A stretch of DNA of 64,000 bases from Oikopleura dioica (Eukaryota > Animalia > Chordata). Numbering within the stretch: the first letter of the stretch is position 1; each line of letters opens with the position of its first letter. The notes beneath the pieces are model-generated. The model had not been told where the DNA came from. It worked only from the letters and a program-made list of their open reading frames with translations, and made no database searches. Positions 61,101-64,000 of the stretch are shown piece after piece. Both the position numbers and the translations under genes were made by a program. The stretch covers positions 5,642,001 through 5,706,000 of the forward strand of contig OU015567.1 in NCBI GenBank assembly GCA_907165135.1. The letters are read 5' to 3'.

Positions 61101-64000
61101 GGATAAGGTTCAAGATAGTTTGAGAGTATTTTAGGCGTCAAGTGGTAAGAATTTTACGAGGTTAGGGTTATCATTAAGTTGAAGCTTAGGTTATGCTTTC
61201 AGAGGGTCCAAGTTAGTTTAAAAGCGTGGGCGCGTGGCTAGGGTTATCATTAAGTTGAGAGGAGGCGTCAAGTGGTAAGAATTTTACGAAGGGGGTTCTC
61301 ATTAAGTTGAGAGTAAAACCGGTTTCTGCCGGTTTGTGATTAGGGTAAGGAATTTGGATAAGGTTCAAGATAGTTTGAGAGTATTTTAGGCGTCAAGTGG
61401 TAAGAATTTTACGAGGTTAGGGTTATCATTAAGTTGAAGCTTAGGTTATGCTTTCAGAGGGTCCAAGTTAGTTTAAAAGCGTGGGCGCGTGGCTAGGGTT
61501 ATCATTAAGTTGAGAGGAGGCGTCAAGTGGTAAGAATTTTACGAAGGGGTTCTCATTAAGTTGAGAGTAAAACCGGTTTCTGCCGGTTTGTGATTAGGGT
61601 AAGGAATTTGGATAAGGTTCAAGATAGTTTGAGAGTATTTTAGGCGTCAAGTGGTAAGAATTTTACGAGGTTAGGGTTATCATTAAGTTGAAGCTTAGGT
61701 TATGCTTTCAGAGGGTCCAAGTTAGTTTAAAAGCGTGGGCGCGTGGCTAGGGTTATCATTAAGTTGAGAGGAGGCGTCAAGTGGTAAGAATTTTACGAAG
61801 GGGGTTCTCATTAAGTTGAGAGTAAAACCGGTTTCTGCCGGTTTGTGATTAGGGTAAGGAATTTGGATAAGGTTCAAGATAGTTTGAGAGTATTTTAGGC
61901 GTCAAGTGGTAAGAATTTTACGAGGTTAGGGTTATCATTAAGTTGAAGCTTAGGTTATGCTTTCAGAGGGTCCAAGTTAGTTTAAAAGCGTGGGCGCGTG
62001 GCTAGGGTTATCATTAAGTTGAGAGGAGGCGTCAAGTGGTAAGAATTTTACGAAGGGGTTCTCATTAAGTTGAGAGTAAAACCGGTTTCTGCCGGTTTGT
62101 GATTAGGGTAAGGAATTTGGATAAGGTTCAAGATAGTTTGAGAGTATTTTAGGCGTCAAGTGGTAAGAATTTTACGAGGTTAGGGTTATCATTAAGTTGA
62201 AGCTTAGGTTATGCTTTCAGAGGGTCCAAGTTAGTTTAAAAGCGTGGGCGCGTGGCTAGGGTTATCATTAAGTTGAGAGGAGGCGTCAAGTGGTAAGAAT
62301 TTTACGAAGGGGTTCTCATTAAGTTGAGAGTAAAACCGGTTTCTGCCGGTTTGTGATTAGGGTAAGGAATTTGGATAAGGTTCAAGATAGTTTGAGAGTA
62401 TTTTAGGCGTCAAGTGGTAAGAATTTTACGAGGTTAGGGTTATCATTAAGTTGAAGCTTAGGTTATGCTTTCAGAGGGTCCAAGTTAGTTTAAAAGCGTG
62501 GGCGCGTGGCTAGGGTTATCATTAAGTTGAGAGGAGGCGTCAAGTGGTAAGAATTTTACGAAGGGGTTCTCATTAAGTTGAGAGTAAAACCGGTTTCTGC
62601 CGGTTTGTGATTAGGGTAAGGAATTTGGATAAGGTTCAAGATAGTTTGAGAGTATTTTAGGCGTCAAGTGGTAAGAATTTTACGAGGTTAGGGTTATCAT
62701 TAAGTTGAAGCTTAGGTTATGCTTTCAGAGGGTCCAAGTTAGTTTAAAAGCGTGGGCGCGTGGCTAGGGTTATCATTAAGTTGAGAGGAGGCGTCAAGTG
62801 GTAAGAATTTTACGAAGGGGTTCTCATTAAGTTGAGAGTAAAACCGGTTTCTGCCGGTTTGTGATTAGGGTAAGGAATTTGGATAAGGTTCAAGATAGTT
62901 TGAGAGTATTTTAGGCGTCAAGTGGTAAGAATTTTACGAGGTTAGGGTTATCATTAAGTTGAAGCTTAGGTTATGCTTTCAGAGGGTCCAAGTTAGTTTA
63001 AAAGCGTGGGCGCGTGGCTAGGGTTATCATTAAGTTGAGAGGAGGCGTCAAGTGGTAAGAATTTTACGAAGGGGTTCTCATTAAGTTGAGAGTAAAACCG
63101 GTTTCTGCCGGTTTGTGATTAGGGTAAGGAATTTGGATAAGGTTCAAGATAGTTTGAGAGTATTTTAGGCGTCAAGTGGTAAGAATTTTACGAGGTTAGG
63201 GTTATCATTAAGTTGAAGCTTAGGTTATGCTTTCAGAGGGTCCAAGTTAGTTTAAAAGCGTGGGCGCGTGGCTAGGGTTATCATTAAGTTGAGAGGAGGC
63301 GTCAAGTGGTAAGAATTTTACGAAGGGGTTCTCATTAAGTTGAGAGTAAAACCGGTTTCTGCCGGTTTGTGATTAGGGTAAGGAATTTGGATAAGGTTCA
63401 AGATAGTTTGAGAGTATTTTAGGCGTCAAGTGGTAAGAATTTTACGAGGTTAGGGTTATCATTAAGTTGAAGCTTAGGTTATGCTTTCAGAGGGTCCAAG
63501 TTAGTTTAAAAGCGTGGGCGCGTGGCTAGGGTTATCATTAAGTTGAGAGGAGGCGTCAAGTGGTAAGAATTTTACGAAGGGGTTCTCATTAAGTTGAGAG
63601 TAAAACCGGTTTCTGCCGGTTTGTGATTAGGGTAAGGAATTTGGATAAGGTTCAAGATAGTTTGAGAGTATTTTAGGCGTCAAGTGGTAAGAATTTTACG
63701 AGGTTAGGGTTATCATTAAGTTGAAGCTTAGGTTATGCTTTCAGAGGGTCCAAGTTAGTTTAAAAGCGTGGGCGCGTGGCTAGGGTTATCATTAAGTTGA
63801 GAGGAGGCGTCAAGTGGTAAGAATTTTACGAAGGGGGTTCTCATTAAGTTGAGAGTAAAACCGGTTTCTGCCGGTTTGTGATTAGGGTAAGGAATTTGGA
63901 TAAGGTTCAAGATAGTTTGAGAGTATTTTAGGCGTCAAGTGGTAAGAATTTTACGAGGTTAGGGTTATCATTAAGTTGAAGCTTAGGTTATGCTTTCAGA
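58146..64000 (+). repeat. 254-bp tandem satellite, about 23 near-identical copies, continuing past the window end
   Basis: The landmark CCGGTTTCTGCCGG recurs at 59285, 59539, 59793 and 60301 (254-bp period). The unit is a 130+124 bp dimer sharing GGCGTC-AAGTGGTAAGAATTTTACGA. Beyond the irregular second copy, the only variation noticed is G4/G5 in GAAGGGG. Confidence 0.98.

Noticed and set aside
58146-64000. CRISPR-like array
   Set aside because: The sequences between the repeated cores are themselves identical from unit to unit (no unique spacers), there are no cas genes, and the context is eukaryotic.

Overview
Eukaryotic, very compact animal DNA with 40-100 nt introns, several GA-AG/GC-AG introns and operon-like gene spacing; by inference an appendicularian tunicate such as Oikopleura. 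The window has three zones. (1) About 1-15 kb holds apparently intact minus-strand genes: an INF2-like formin, a two-finger GATA factor, a CREC/calumenin-family EF-hand protein ending HDEL, and a small protein with a G-gamma-like (GGL) domain. A CCTGA(G/C)TCAGG repeat family is scattered among them. (2) About 18.7-57.3 kb is a co-oriented plus-strand block of recognisable genes that nearly all look recently broken: KDM1B/LSD2, EMC8/9, UBA1, N6AMT1/HEMK2, V-ATPase subunit a, a trypsin-like protease and HYDIN. The lesions are nonsense codons, frameshifts, microhomology-flanked deletions, templated inverted insertions, and TIR elements with target-site duplications inside exons. A very young Ty3/gypsy element with apparently identical 255-bp LTRs sits in the protease. 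In the middle of this block is a nearly intact, unusual CTCF-derived gene with only five zinc fingers and a long repetitive N-terminus. (3) From 58.1 kb to the end is a homogeneous 254-bp tandem satellite containing TTAGGG-like motifs. All identifications come from reading and translating the sequence against remembered family motifs; no database searches were run.
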